DNA from: Eledone cirrhosa
Lineage: Eukaryota
Assembly: GCA_964016885.1 (NCBI GenBank)
Contig: OZ024741.1
Span: 247,876,001-247,940,000, forward strand
Length of the DNA: 64,000 nucleotides
Direction of reading: 5' to 3'
The notes under the pieces are model-generated. The model was given only the letters and a program-made list of their open reading frames with translations. It was not told the origin of the DNA and ran no database searches. The position numbers and the translations under genes are program-made. Positions within the stretch are counted from its first letter, which is position 1. Every line of letters begins with the position of its first letter. This document shows positions 12,974 to 28,300 of this stretch, piece by piece.

Positions 12974-15900
12974 CCCTGATTTTTTTTTACGAATTATCTC
13001 CCCCTGATTTTTTTTTACAAATTATCTCCCCCTGATTTTTTTTTACAAATTATCTCCCCCTGATTTTTTTTACAAATTATCTCCCTCTGATTTTTTTACA
13101 AATTATCTCCCCTTGGCTGGCTGGAAATTATCTCCCCTAGGAGGCTGGAACTTATCTCCCCTTGGACGGCTAGAAATTACCTCTCTTTGGACGGCTGGAA
13201 AATATGTCTCCTTGGACGGCTGGATATTATCTCCCCTTGGACGGCTGGAAATTATCTCCCCTTGGACGGCTGGAAATTATCTCCCCTTGGATGGCTAGAT
13301 ATTACCTCCCCTTGGACGGCTGGAAATTATCTCCCCTTGATTTTTTTTACAAATTATCTCCCCCTGATTTTTTTTTACAAATTATCTCCCCCGATTTTTT
13401 TTTACAAATTATCTCCCCCTGATTTTTGTTTACAAATTATCTCCCCTTGGACGGCTGGAAATTATCTCCCCTTGGACGGCTAGAAATTACCTCTCCTTGG
13501 ACGGCTGAAAATTATCCTCCCGTGGACGGCTGGAAATTATCTCCCCTTGATTTTTTTACAAATTATCTCCCCCTGATTTTTTTTTTACAAATTATCTCAC
13601 CCTGATTTTTTTTACAAATTATCTACCCCTGATTTTTTTTTACAAATTATCTCCCCCTGATTTTTTTTACAAATTATCTTCCACTGATTTTTTTTACAAA
13701 TTATCTCCACCTGATTTTTTAAAAAATTATCTCCCCTTGGAAGGCTGGAAATTATCTCCCCTTGGCTGGAAATTATCTCCCCTTGAACGGCTAGAAATTA
13801 TCTCTCTTTGGACGGCTGGAAATTATCACCCCTTGAGTTTTTTACAAATTATCTCCCCCTGATTTTTTTTACAAATCTCCCAGTGATTTTTAAAAAAAAA
13901 TTATCTCCCCTTCGCTGGCTGGAAATTATCTCCCCTTGGACGCTGGAAATTATAGCCCCTTGGAGGGCTTGAAATTATCTTCCCTTGGACGGCTGGAAAT
14001 TATCTCCCCTTGGTTTTTTTTTACAAATTATCTCCCCCTGATTTTTTTTTACAAATTATCTCCCCCTGATTTTTTTTACAACTTATCTGCGCCTGATTTT
14101 TTTAAAAAAATTATCTCCCCTTGGACGGCTGGAAATTATCTCTCCTTGGACGGCTAGAATTTACCTCTCCTTGGACGGCTGAAAATTATCTCCCCTTGGA
14201 CGGCTGGAAATTATCTCCCCTTGATTTTTTTTACAAATTATCTCCCCCTGATTTTTTTTTCGAATTATCTCCCCCTGATTTTTTTTTACAAATTATCTCC
14301 CCCTGATTTTTTTTTACAAATTATCTCCCCCTGATTTTTTTTACAAATTATCTCCCTCTGATTTTTTTACAAATTATCTCCCCTTGGCTGGCTGGAAATT
14401 ATCTCCCCTAGGAGGCTGGAACTTATCTCCCCTTGGACGGCTAGAAATTACCTCTCTTTGGACGGCTGGAAAATATGTCTCCTTGGACGGCTGGATATTA
14501 TCTCCCCTTGGACGGCTGGAAATTATCTCCCCTTGGACGGCTGGAAATTATCTCCCCTTGGATGGCTAGATATTACCTCCCCTTGGACGGCTGGAAATTA
14601 TCTCCCCTTGATTTTTTTTTACAAATTATCTCCCCCTGATTTTTTTTTACAAATTATCTCCCCCGATTTTTTTTTACAAATTATCTCTCCCTGATTTTTT
14701 TTTACAAATTATCTCCCCCTGATTTTTGTTTACAAATTATCTCCCCTTGGACGGCTGGAAATTATCTCCCCTTGGACGGCTAGAAATTACCTCTCCTTGG
14801 ACGGCTGAAAATTATCCTCCCTTGGACGGCTGGAAATTATCTCCCCTTGATTTTTTTACAAATTATCTCCCCCTGATTTTTTTTTTACAAATTATCTCAC
14901 CCTGATTTTTTTTACAAATTATCTACCCCTGATTTTTTTTTACAAATTATCTCCCCCTGATTTTTTTTACAAATTATCTCCCACTGATTTTTTTTTTACA
15001 AATTATCTCCCCCTGATTTTTTTACAAATTATCTCCCCCTGATTTTTTTTACAAATTATATCCGCCTGATTTTTTTAAATATTATCTCTCCTTGGCTGGC
15101 GGGAAATTATCTCCCCTTGGACGGCTGGAAATTATCTCCCCTTGGAAGGATGGAAATTATCTCCCCTTGGACGGCTGGAAATTATCTACCCCTGATTTTT
15201 TTTACAAATTATCTCCCCCTGATTTTTTTTACAAATTATCTCCCCCTGATTTTTTTTTTACAAATTATCTCCCCCTGATTTTTTTACAAATTATCTCCCC
15301 CTGATTTTTTTTACAAATTATCTCCGCCTGATTTTTTAAAATATTATCTTACCTTGGCTGGCGGGAAATTATCTCCCCTTGGACGGCTGAAAATTATCTC
15401 CCCTTGGACGGCTGGAAATTATCTCCCCTTGATTTTTTTTACAAATTATCTCCCCCTGATTTTTTTTTACAAATTATCTCCCACTGATTTAAAAAAAAAA
15501 ATTATCTCCCCTTCGCTGGCTGGAAATTATCTCCCCTTGGACGCTGGAAATTATAGCCCCTTGGAGGGCTGGAAATTATCTTCCCTTGGACGGCTGGAAA
15601 TTATCTCCCCTTGATTTTTTTTTACAAATTATCTCCCCCTGATTTTTTTTTACAAATTATCTCCCCCTGATTTTTTTTTACAAATTATCTCCCCCTGATT
15701 TTTTTTTTACAAATTATCTCCGCCTGATTTTTTTTTTAAAATTATCTCCCCTTGGACGGCTGGAAATTATCTCCCCTTGGACGGCTGGAAATTATCTCCC
15801 CTTGGACGGCTAGAAATTATCTCTCCTTGGACGGCTGAAAATTATCTCCCCTTGGACGGCTGCAAATTATCTCCCCTTAATTTTTTTTACAAATTATCTC

Positions 15901-17446
15901 CCCCTGATTTTTTTTACAAATTATCTCCCCCTGATTTTTTTTACAAATTATCTACCCCTGATTTTTTTTACAAATTATCTCCCCCTGATTTTTTTTTACA
16001 AATTATCTCCCTCTGATTTTTTTTTACAAATTATCTCCCCCTGATTTTTTTTTACAAATTATCTCCCCCTGATTTTTTTACAAATTATCTCCCCCTGATT
16101 TTTTTTACAATCTCCGCCTGATTTTTTTAAAAATTATCTTCCCTTGGCTGGCGGGAAATTATCTCCCCTTGGACGGCTGGAAATTATCTCCCCTTGGAAG
16201 GATGGAAATTATCTCCCCTTGGACGGCTGGAAATTATCTCCCCTTGCACGGCTGGAAATTATCTCCCCTTGGCTGGAAATTATCTCCCCTTGGACGGCTA
16301 GAAATTATCTCTCTTTGGACGGCTGGAAATTATCTCCCTTTGATTTTTTTTACAAATTATCTCCCTCTGATTTTTTTTACAAATCTCCCCCTGATTTTTT
16401 AAAAAAAATTATCTCCCCTTCGCTGGCTGGAAATTATCTCCCCTTGGACACTGGAAATTATAGCCCCTTGGAGGGCTGGAAATTATCTTCTCTTGGACGG
16501 CTGGAAATTATCTCCCCTTGATTTTTTTTACAAATTATCTCCCCCTGATTTTTTTTTACAAATTATCTCCCCCGATTTTTTTTTACAAATTATCTCCCCC
16601 TGATTTTTTTTTACAAATTATCTCCCCCTGATTTTTGTTTACAAATTATCTCCCCTTGGACGGCTGGAAATTATCTCCCCTTGGACGGCTAGAAATTACC
16701 TCTCCTTGGACGGCTGAAAATTATCCTCCCTTGGACGGCTGGAAATTATCTCCCCTTGATTTTTTTACAAATTATCTCCCCCTGATTTTTTTTTTACAAA
16801 TTATCTCACCCTGATTTTTTTTACAAATTATCTACCCCTGATTTTTTTTTACAAATTATCTCCCCCTGATTTTTTTTACAAATTATCTCCCACTGATTTT
16901 TTTTTTACAAATTATCTCCCCCTGATTTTTTTACAAATTATCTCCCCCTGATTTTTTTTACAAATTATATCCGCCTGATTTTTTTAAATATTATCTCTCC
17001 TTGGCTGGCGGGAAATTATCTCCCCTTGGACGGCTGGAAATTATCTCCCCTTGGAAGGATGGAAATTATCTCCCCTTGGACGGCTGGAAATTATCTACCC
17101 CTGATTTTTTTTACAAATTATCTCCCCCTGATTTTTTTTACAAATTATCTCCCCCTGATTTTTTTTTTACAAATTATCTCCCCCTGATTTTTTTACAAAT
17201 TATCTCCCCCTGATTTTTTTTACAAATTATCTCCGCCTGATTTTTTAAAATATTATCTTACCTTGGCTGGCGGGAAATTATCTCCCCTTGGACGGCTGAA
17301 AATTATCTCCCCTTGGACGGCTGGAAATTATCTCCCCTTGATTTTTTTTACAAATTATCTCCCCCTGATTTTTTTTTACAAATTATCTCCCCCTGATTTT
17401 TTTTACAAATTATCTCCCCCCTGATTTTTTTACAAATTATCTCCCC

Positions 17447-20400
17447 TTGGCTGGCTGGAAATTATCTCCCCTTGGAGGCTGGAACTTATCTCCCCTTGGA
17501 CGGCTAGAAATTACCTCTCCTTGGACGGCTGGAAAATATGTCTCCTTGGACGGCTGGATATTATCTCCCCTTGGACGGCTGGAAATTATCTCCCCTTGGA
17601 CGGCTGGAAATTATCTCCCCTTGGATGGCTAGATATTACCTCCCCTTGGACGGCTGGAAATTATCTCCCTTTGATTTTTTTTACAAATTATCTCCCCCTG
17701 ATTTTTTTTTACAAATTATCTCCCACTGATTTTTTTTTACAAATTATCTCCCCCTGATTTTTGTTTACAAATTATCTCCGCCTGATTTTTTTTTAAAAAT
17801 TATCTCCCCTTGGACGGCTGGAAATTATCTCCCCATGGACGGCTAGAAATTACCTCTCCTTGGACGGCTGAAAATTATCTCCCCTTGGACGGCTGGAAAT
17901 TATCTCCCCTTGATTTTTTTACAAATTATCTCCCCCTGATTTTTTTTTTACAAATTATCTCCCCCTGATTTTTTTTTACAAATTATCTACCCCTGATTTT
18001 TTTTTACAAATTATCTCCCCCTGATTTTTTTTACAAATTATCTCCCCCTGATTTTTTTTTACAAATTATCTCCCCCTGATTTTTTTACAAATTATCTCCC
18101 CCTGATTTTTTTACAAATTATCTCCGCCTGATTTTTTTAAATATTATCTCTCCTTGGCTGGCGGGAAATTATCTCCCCTTGGACTGCTGGAAATTATCTC
18201 CCCTTGGAAGGATGGAAATTATCTCCCCTTGGACGGCTAGAAATTATCTCTCTTTGGACGGCTGGAAATTATCACCCCTTGAGTTTTTTACAAATTATCT
18301 CCCCCTGATTTTTTTTACAAATCTCCCAGTGATTTTTAAAAAAAAATTATCTCCCCTTCGCTGGCTGGAAATTATCTCCCCTTGGACGCTGGAAATTATA
18401 GCCCCTTGGAGGGCTTGAAATTATCTTCCCTTGGACGGCTGGAAATTATCTCCCGTTGATTTTTTTTTACAAATTATCTCCCCCTGATTTTTTTTTACAA
18501 ATTATCTCCCCCTGATTTTTTTTTACAACTTATCTGCGCCAGATTTTTTTAAAAAAATTATCTCCCCTTGGACGGCTGGAAATTATCTCCCCTTGGACGG
18601 CTGGAAATTATCTCTCCTTGGACGGCTAGAATTTACCTCTCCTTGGACGGCTGAAAATTATCTCCCCTTGGACGGCTGGAAATTATCTCCCCTTGATTTT
18701 TTTTACAAATTATCTCCCCCTGATTTTTTTTTACGAATTATCTCCCCCTGATTTTTTTTTACAAATTATCTCCCCCTGATTTTTTTTTACAAATTATCTC
18801 CCCCTGATTTTTTTTACAAATTATCTCCCTCTGATTTTTTTACAAATTATCTCCCCTTGGCTGGCTGGAAATTATCTCCCCTAGGAGGCTGGAACTTATC
18901 TCCCCTTGGACGGCTAGAAATTACCTCTCTTTGGACGGCTGGAAAATATGTCTCCTTGGACGGCTGGATATTATCTCCCCTTGGACGGCTGGAAATTATC
19001 TCCCCTTGGACGGCTGGAAATTATCTCCCCTTGGATGGCTAGATATTACCTCCCCTTGGACGGCTGGAAATTATCTCCCCTTGATTTTTTTTACAAATTA
19101 TCTCCCCCTGATTTTTTTTTACAAATTATCTCCCCCGATTTTTTTTTACAAATTATCTCCCCCTGATTTTTTTTTACAAATTATCTCCCCCTGATTTTTG
19201 TTTACAAATTATCTCCCCTTGGACGGCTGGAAATTATCTCCCCTTGGACGGCTAGAAATTACCTCTCCTTGGACGGCTGAAAATTATCCTCCCTTGGACG
19301 GCTGGAAATTATCTCCCCTTGATTTTTTTACAAATTATCTCCCCCTGATTTTTTTTTTACAAATTATCTCACCCTGATTTTTTTTACAAATTATCTACCC
19401 CTGATTTCTTTTTACAAATTATCTCCCCCTGATTTTTTTTACAAATTATCTCCCACTGATTTTTTTTTTACAAATTATCTCCCCCTGATTTTTTTACAAA
19501 TTATCTCCCCCTGATTTTTTTTACAAATTATATCCGCCTGATTTTTTTAAATATTATCTCTCCTTGGCTGGCGGGAAATTATCTCCCCTTGGACGGCTGG
19601 AAATTATCTCCCCTTGGAAGGATGGAAATTATCTCCCCTTGGACGGCTAGAAATTATCTCTCTTTGGACGGCTGGAAATTATCACCCCTTGAGCTTTTTA
19701 CAAATTATCTCCCCCTGATTTTTTTTACAAATCTCCCTGTGATTTTTAAAAAAAAATTATCTCCCCTTCGCTGGCTGGAAATTATCTCCCCTTGGACGCT
19801 GGAAATTATAGCCCCTTGGAGGGCTGGAAATTATCTTCCCTTGGACGGCTGGAAATTATCTCCCCTTGATTTTTTTTACAAATTATCTCCCCCTGATTTT
19901 TTTTTACAAATTATCTCCCCCTGATTTTTTTTACAACTTATCTGCGCCTGATTTTTTTTTAAAAATTATCTCCCCTTGGACGGCTGGAAATTATCTCCCC
20001 TTGGACGGCTGGAAATTATCTCTCCTTGGACGGCTAGAATTTACCTCTCCTTGGACGGCTGAAAATTATCTCCCCTTGGACGGCTGGAAATTATCTCCCC
20101 TTGATTTTTTTTACAAATTATCTCCCCCTGATTTTTTTTTACAAATTATCTCCCCCTGATTTTTTTTTACAAATTATCTCCCCCTGATTTTTTTTTACAA
20201 ATTATCTACCCCTGATTTTTTTTTGCAAATTATCTCCCCTTGGCTGGCTGGAAATTATCTCCCCTTGGAGGCTGGAACTTATCTCCCCTTGGACGGCTAG
20301 AAATTACCTCTCCTTGGACGGCTGGAAAATATGTCTCCTTGGACGGCTGGATATTATCTCCCCTTGGACGGCTGGAAATTATCTCCCCTTGGACGGCTGA

Positions 20401-22334
20401 AAATTATCTCCCCTTGATTTTTTTTACAAATTATCTCCCCCTGATTTTTTTTTACAAATTATCTCCCCCTGATTTTTGTTTACAAATTATCTCCGCCTAA
20501 TTTTTTTAAAAAATTATCTCCCCTTGGACGGCTGGAAATTATCTCCCCTTGGACGGATAGAAATTACCTCTCCTTGGACGGCTGAAAATTATCTCCCCTT
20601 TGACGGCTGGAAATTATCTCCCCTTGATTTTTTTACAAATTATCTGCCCCTGATTTTTTTTTTACAAATTATCTCCCCCTGATTTTTTTTTACAAATTAT
20701 CTACCCCTGATTTTTTTTTACAAATTATCTCCCCCTGATTTTTTTTACAAATTATCTCCCCCTGATTTTTTTTTTACAAATTATCTCCCCCTGATTTTTT
20801 TACAAATTATCTCCCCCTGATTTTTTTTATAAATTATCTCCGCCTGATTTTTTTAAATATTATCTCTCCTTGGCTGGCGGTAAATTATCTCCCCTTGGAC
20901 GGCTGGAAATTATCTCCCCTTGGAAGGATGGAAATTATCTCCCCTTGGACGGCTGGAAATTATCTACCCCTGATTTTTTTTACAAATTATCTCCCCCTGA
21001 TTTTTTTTACAAATTATCTCCCCCTGATTTTTTTTACAAATTATCTACCCCTGATTTTTTTTACAAATTATCTCCCCCTGATTTTTTTTACAAATTATCT
21101 CCCCCTGATTTTTTTTTTACAAATTATCTCACCCTGATTTTTTTACAAATTATCTCCCCCTGATTTTTTTTACAAATTATCTCCGCCTGATTTTTTTAAA
21201 TATTATCTTCCCTTGGCTGGCGGGAAATTATCTCCCCTTGAAGGGCTGAAAATTATCTCCCCTTGGACGGCTGGAAATTATCTCCCCTTGATTTTTTTTA
21301 CAAATTATCTCCCCCTGATTTTTTTTTACAAATTATCTCCCCCTGATTTTTTTTACAAATTATCTCCCCCTGATTTTTTTTTACAAATTATCTGCCGCTG
21401 ATTTTTTTTACAAATTATCTCCCCCTGATTTTTTTACAAATTATCTCCCCTTGGCTGGCTGGAAATTACCTCCCCTTGGAGGCTGGAATTTATCTCCCCT
21501 TGGACGGCTAGAAATTACCTCTCCTTGGACGGCTGGAAAATATGTCTCCTTGGACGGCTGGATATTATCTCCCCTTGGACGGCTGGAAATTATCTCCCCT
21601 TGGACGGCTGGAAATTATCTCCCCTTGGACGGATAGATATTACCTCCCCTTGGACGGCTGGAAATTATCTCCCCTTGATTTTTTTTACAAATTATCTCCC
21701 CCTGATTTTTTTTTACAAATTATCTCCCCCTGATTTTTTTTTACAAATTATCTCCCCCTGATTTTTTTTTTACAAATTATCTCCGCTTGATTTTTTAAAA
21801 AAATTATCTCCCCTTGGACGGCTGGAAATTATCTCCCCATGGACGGCTGGAAATTATCTCCCCTTGGACGGCTAGAAATTATCTCTCCTTGGACGGCTGA
21901 AAATTATCTCCCCTTGGACGGCTGCAAATTATCTCCCCTTGATTTTTTTTATAAATTATCTCCCCCTGATTTTTTTTACAAATTATCTCCCCCTGATTTT
22001 TTTTACAAATCTCCCAGTGATTTTTTTAAAAAAATTATCTCCCCTTGGACGGCTGGAAATTATCTCCCCTTGGACGGCTGGAAATTATCTCGCCTTGGAC
22101 GGCTAGAATTTACCTCTCCTTGGACGGCTGAAAATTATCTCCCCTTGGACGGCTGGAAATTATCTCCCCTTGATTTTTTTTACAAATTATCTCCCCCTGA
22201 TTTTTTTTTACAAATTATCTCCCCCTGATTTTTTTTTACAAATTATCTCCCCCTGATTTTTTTTTACAAATTATCTCCCCCTGATTTTTTTTACAAATTA
22301 TCTCCCCCCTGATTTTTTTACAAATTATCTCCCC
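17447..22334 (+). repeat. Further copy of the ~4.89 kb HOR
   Basis: Cassette starts at 17447, 18857, 20240, 21451 and 22335 give spacings of 1410, 1383, 1211 and 884, against 1410, 1383, 1210 and 883 for the copy at 2867. Confidence 0.88.
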
Positions 22335-25300
22335 TTGGCTGGCTGGAAATTATCTCCCCTTGGAGGCTGGAACTTATCTCCCCTTGGACGGCTAGAAATT
22401 ATCTCTCTTTGGACGGCTGGAAATTATCACCCCTTGAGTTTTTTACAAATTATCTCCCCCTGATTTTTTTTACAAATCTCCCAGTGATTTTTAAAAAAAA
22501 ATTATCTCCCCTTCGCTGGCTGGAAATTATCTCCCCTTGGACGCTGGAAATTATAGCCCCTTGGAGGGCTTGAAATTATCTTCCCTTGGACGGCTGGAAA
22601 TTATCTCTCCTTGGACGGCTAGAATTTACCTCTCCTTGGACGGCTGAAAATTATCTCCCCTTGGACGGCTGGAAATTATCTCCCCTTGATTTTTTTTACA
22701 AATTATCTCCCCCTGATTTTTTTTTACGAATTATCTCCCCCTGATTTTTTTTTACAAATTATCTCCCCCTGATTTTTTTTTACAAATTATCTCCCCCTGA
22801 TTTTTTTTACAAATTATCTCCCTCTGATTTTTTTACAAATTATCTCCCCTTGGCTGGCTGGAAATTATCTCCCCTAGGAGGCTGGAACTTATCTCCCCTT
22901 GGACGGCTAGAAATTACCTCTCTTTGGACGGCTGGAAAATATGTATCCTTGGACGGCTGGATATTATCTCCCCTTGGACGGCTGGAAATTATCTCCCCTT
23001 GGACGGCTGGAAATTATCTCCCCTTGGATGGCTAGATATTACCTCCCCTTGGACGGCTGGAAATTATCTCCCCTTGATTTTTTTTACAAATTATCTCCCC
23101 CTGATTTTTTTTTACAAATTATCTCCCCCGATTTTTTTTTACAAATTATCTCCCCCTGATTTTTTTTTACAAATTATCTCCCCCTGATTTTTGTTTACAA
23201 ATTATCTCCCCTTGGACGGCTGGAAATTATCTCCCCTTGGACGGCTAGAAATTACCTCTCCTTGGACGGCTGAAAATTATCCTCCCTTGGACGGCTGGAA
23301 ATTATCTCCCCTTGATTTTTTTACAAATTATCTCCCCCTGATTTTTTTTTTACAAATTATCTCCCCCTGATTTTTTTTTACAAATTATCTCCCCCTGATT
23401 TTTTTTTACAAATTATCTCCCCCGATTTTTTTTTACAAATTATCTACCCCTGATTTTTTTTTACAAATTATCTCCCCCTGATTTTTTTTACAAATTATCT
23501 CCCACTGATTTTTTTTTTACAAATTATCTCCCCCTGATTTTTTTACAAATTATCTCCCCCTGATTTTTTTTACAAATTATATCCGCCTGATTTTTTTAAA
23601 TATTATCTCTCCTTGGCTGGCGGGAAATTATCTCCCCTTGGACGGCTGGAAATTATCTCCCCTTGGAAGGATGGAAATTATCTCCCCTTGGACGGCTGGA
23701 AGTTATCTACCCCTGATTTTTTTTACAAATTATCTCCCCCTGATTTTTTTTACAAATTATCATCCCCTGATTTTTTTTTTACAAATTATCTCCCTCTGAT
23801 TTTTTTACAAATTATCTCCCCCTGATTTTTTTTACAAATTATCTCCGCCTGATTTTTTAAAATATTATCTTACCTTGGCTGGCAGGAAATTATCTCCCCT
23901 TGGACGGCTGAAAATTATCTCCCCTTGGACGGCTGGAAATTATCTCCCCTTGATTTTTTTTACAAATTATCTCCCCCTGATTTTTTTTTACAAATTATCT
24001 CCCCCTGATTTTTTTTACAAATTATCTCCCCCCTGATTTTTTTACAAATTATCTCCCCTTGGCTGGCTGGAAATTATCTCCCCTTGGAGGCTGGAACTTA
24101 TCTCCCCTTGGACGGCTAGAAATTACCTCTCCTTGGACGGCTGGAAAATATGTCTCCTTGGACGGCTGGATATTATCTCCCCTTGGACGGCTGGAAATTA
24201 TCTCCCCTTGGACGGCTGGAAATTATCTCCCCTTGGATGGCTAGATATTACCTCCCCTTGGACGGCTGGAAATTATCTCCCTTTGATTTTTTTTACAAAT
24301 TATCTCCCCCTGATTTTTTTTTACAAATTATCTCCCCCTGATTTTTTTTTACAAATTATCTCCCCCTGATTTTTGTTTACAAATTATCTCCGCCTGATTT
24401 TTTTTTAAAAATTATCTCCCCTTGGACGGCTGGAAATTATCTCCCCTTGGACGGCTAGAAATTACCTCTCCTTGGACGGCTGAAAATTATCTCCCCTTGG
24501 ACGGCTGGAAATTATCTCCCCTTGATTTTTTTACAAATTATCTCCCCCTGATTTTTTTTTTACAAATTATCTCCCCCTGATTTTTTTTTACAAATTATCT
24601 ACCCCTGATTTTTTTTTACAAATTATCTCCCCCTGATTTTTTTACAAATTATCTCCCCCTGATTTTTTTTTTACAAATTATCTCCCCCTGATTTTTTTAC
24701 AAATTATCTCCCCCTGATTTTTTTTACAAATTATATCCGCCTGATTTTTTTAAATATTATCTCTCCTTGGCTGGCGGGAAATTATCTCCCCTTGGACGGC
24801 TGGAAATTATCTCCCCTTGGAAGGATGGAAATTATCTCCCCTTGGACGGCTAGAAATTATCTCTCTTTGGACGGCTGGAAATTATCACCCCTTGAGCTTT
24901 TTACAAATTATCTCCCCCTGATTTTTTTTACAAATCTCCCTGTGATTTTTAAAAAAAAATTATCTCCCCTTCGCTGGCTGGAAATTATCTCCCCTTGGAC
25001 GCTGGAAATTATAGCCCCTTGGAGGGCTGGAAATTATCTTCCCTTGGACGGCTGGAAATTATCTCCCCTTGATTTTTTTTACAAATTATCTCCCCCTGAT
25101 TTTTTTTTACAAATTATCTCCCCCTGATTTTTTTTACAACTTATCTGCGCCTGATTTTTTTTTAAAAATTATCTCCCCTTGGACGGCTGGAAATTATCTC
25201 CCCTTGGACGGCTGGAAATTATCTCTCCTTGGACGGCTAGAATTTACCTCTCCTTGGACGGCTGAAAATTATCTCCCCTTGGACGGCTGGAAATTATCTC

Positions 25301-28300
25301 CCCTTGATTTTTTTTACAAATTATCTCCCCCTGATTTTTTTTTACAAATTATCTCCCCCTGATTTTTTTTACAAATTATCTCCCCCTGATTTTTTTTTAC
25401 AAATTATCTACCCCTGATTTTTTTTTGCAAATTATCTCCCCTTGGCTGGCTGGAAATTATCTCCCCTTGGAGGCTGGAACTTATCTCCCCTTGGACGGCT
25501 AGAAATTACCTCTCCTTGGACGGCTGGAAAATATGTCTCCTTGGACGGCTGGATATTATCTCCCCTTGGACGGCTGGAAATTATCTCCCCTTGGACGGCT
25601 GAAAATTATCTCCCCTTGATTTTTTTTACAAATTATCTCCCCCTGATTTTTTTTTACAAATTATCTCCCCCTGATTTTTGTTTACAAATTATCTCCGCCT
25701 AATTTTTTTAAAAAATTATCTCCCCTTGGACGGCTGGAAATTATCTCCCCTTGGACGGATAGAAATTACCTCTCCTTGGACGGCTGAAAATTATCTCCCC
25801 TTTGACGGCTGGAAATTATCTCCCCTTGATTTTTTTACAAATTATCTGCCCCTGATTTTTTTTTTACAAATTATCTCCCCCTGATTTTTTTTTACAAATT
25901 ATCTACCCCTGATTTTTTTTTACAAATTATCTCCCCCTGATTTTTTTTACAAATTATCTCCCCCTGATTTTTTTTTTACAAATTATCTCCCCCTGATTTT
26001 TTTACAAATTATCTCCCCCTGATTTTTTTTATAAATTATCTCCGCCTGATTTTTTTAAATATTATCTCTCCTTGGCTGGCGGTAAATTATCTCCCCTTGG
26101 ACGGCTGGAAATTATCTCCCCTTGGAAGGATGGAAATTATCTCCCCTTGGACGGCTGGAAATTATCTACCCCTGATTTTTTTTACAAATTATCTCCCCCT
26201 GATTTTTTTTACAAATTATCTCCCCCTGATTTTTTTTACAAATTATCTACCCCTGATTTTTTTTACAAATTATCTCCCCCTGATTTTTTTTACAAATTAT
26301 CTCCCCCTGATTTTTTTTTTACAAATTATCTCACCCTGATTTTTTTACAAATTATCTCCCCCTGATTTTTTTTACAAATTATCTCCGCCTGATTTTTTTA
26401 AATATTATCTTCCCTTGGCTGGCGGGAAATTATCTCCCCTTGAAGGGCTGAAAATTATCTCCCCTTGGACGGCTGGAAATTATCTCCCCTTGATTTTTTT
26501 TACAAATTATCTCCCCCTGATTTTTTTTTACAAATTATCTCCCCCTGATTTTTTTTACAAATTATCTCCCCCTGATTTTTTTTTACAAATTATCTGCCGC
26601 TGATTTTTTTTACAAATTATCTCCCCCTGATTTTTTTACAAATTATCTCCCCTTGGCTGGCTGGAAATTACCTCCCCTTGGAGGCTGGAATTTATCTCCC
26701 CTTGGACGGCTAGAAATTACCTCTCCTTGGACGGCTGGAAAATATGTCTCCTTGGACGGCTGGATATTATCTCCCCTTGGACGGCTGGAAATTATCTCCC
26801 CTTGGACGGCTGGAAATTATCTCCCCTTGGACGGATAGATATTACCTCCCCTTGGACGGCTGGAAATTATCTCCCCTTGATTTTTTTTACAAATTATCTC
26901 CCCCTGATTTTTTTTTACAAATTATCTCCCCCTGATTTTTTTTTACAAATTATCTCCCCCTGATTTTTTTTTTACAAATTATCTCCGCTTGATTTTTTAA
27001 AAAAATTATCTCCCCTTGGACGGCTGGAAATTATCTCCCCATGGACGGCTGGAAATTATCTCCCCTTGGACGGCTAGAAATTATCTCTCCTTGGACGGCT
27101 GAAAATTATCTCCCCTTGGACGGCTGCAAATTATCTCCCCTTGATTTTTTTTATAAATTATCTCCCCCTGATTTTTTTTACAAATTATCTCCCCCTGATT
27201 TTTTTTACAAATCTCCCAGTGATTTTTTTAAAAAAATTATCTCCCCTTGGACGGCTGGAAATTATCTCCCCTTGGACGGCTGGAAATTATCTCGCCTTGG
27301 ACGGCTAGAATTTACCTCTCCTTGGACGGCTGAAAATTATCTCCCCTTGGACGGCTGGAAATTATCTCCCCTTGATTTTTTTTACAAATTATCTCCCCCT
27401 GATTTTTTTTTACAAATTATCTCCCCCTGATTTTTTTTTACAAATTATCTCCCCCTGATTTTTTTTTACAAATTATCTCCCCCTGATTTTTTTTACAAAT
27501 TATCTCCCCCCTGATTTTTTTACAAATTATCTCCCCTTGGCTGGCTGGAAATTATCTCCCCTTGGAGGCTGGAACTTATCTCCCCTTGGACGGCTAGAAA
27601 TTATCTCTCTTTGGACGGCTGGAAATTATCACCCCTTGAGTTTTTTACAAATTATCTCCCCCTGATTTTTTTTACAAATCTCCCAGTGATTTTTAAAAAA
27701 AAATTATCTCCCCTTCGCTGGCTGGAAATTATCTCCCCTTGGACGCTGGAAATTATAGCCCCTTGGAGGGCTTGAAATTATCTTCCCTTGGACGGCTGGA
27801 AATTATCTCTCCTTGGACGGCTAGAATTTACCTCTCCTTGGACGGCTGAAAATTATCTCCCCTTGGACGGCTGGAAATTATCTCCCCTTGATTTTTTTTA
27901 CAAATTATCTCCCCCTGATTTTTTTTTACGAATTATCTCCCCCTGATTTTTTTTTACAAATTATCTCCCCCTGATTTTTTTTTACAAATTATCTCCCCCT
28001 GATTTTTTTTACAAATTATCTCCCTCTGATTTTTTTACAAATTATCTCCCCTTGGCTGGCTGGAAATTATCTCCCCTAGGAGGCTGGAACTTATCTCCCC
28101 TTGGACGGCTAGAAATTACCTCTCTTTGGACGGCTGGAAAATATGTATCCTTGGACGGCTGGATATTATCTCCCCTTGGACGGCTGGAAATTATCTCCCC
28201 TTGGACGGCTGGAAATTATCTCCCCTTGGATGGCTAGATATTACCTCCCCTTGGACGGCTGGAAATTATCTCCCCTTGATTTTTTTTACAAATTATCTCC

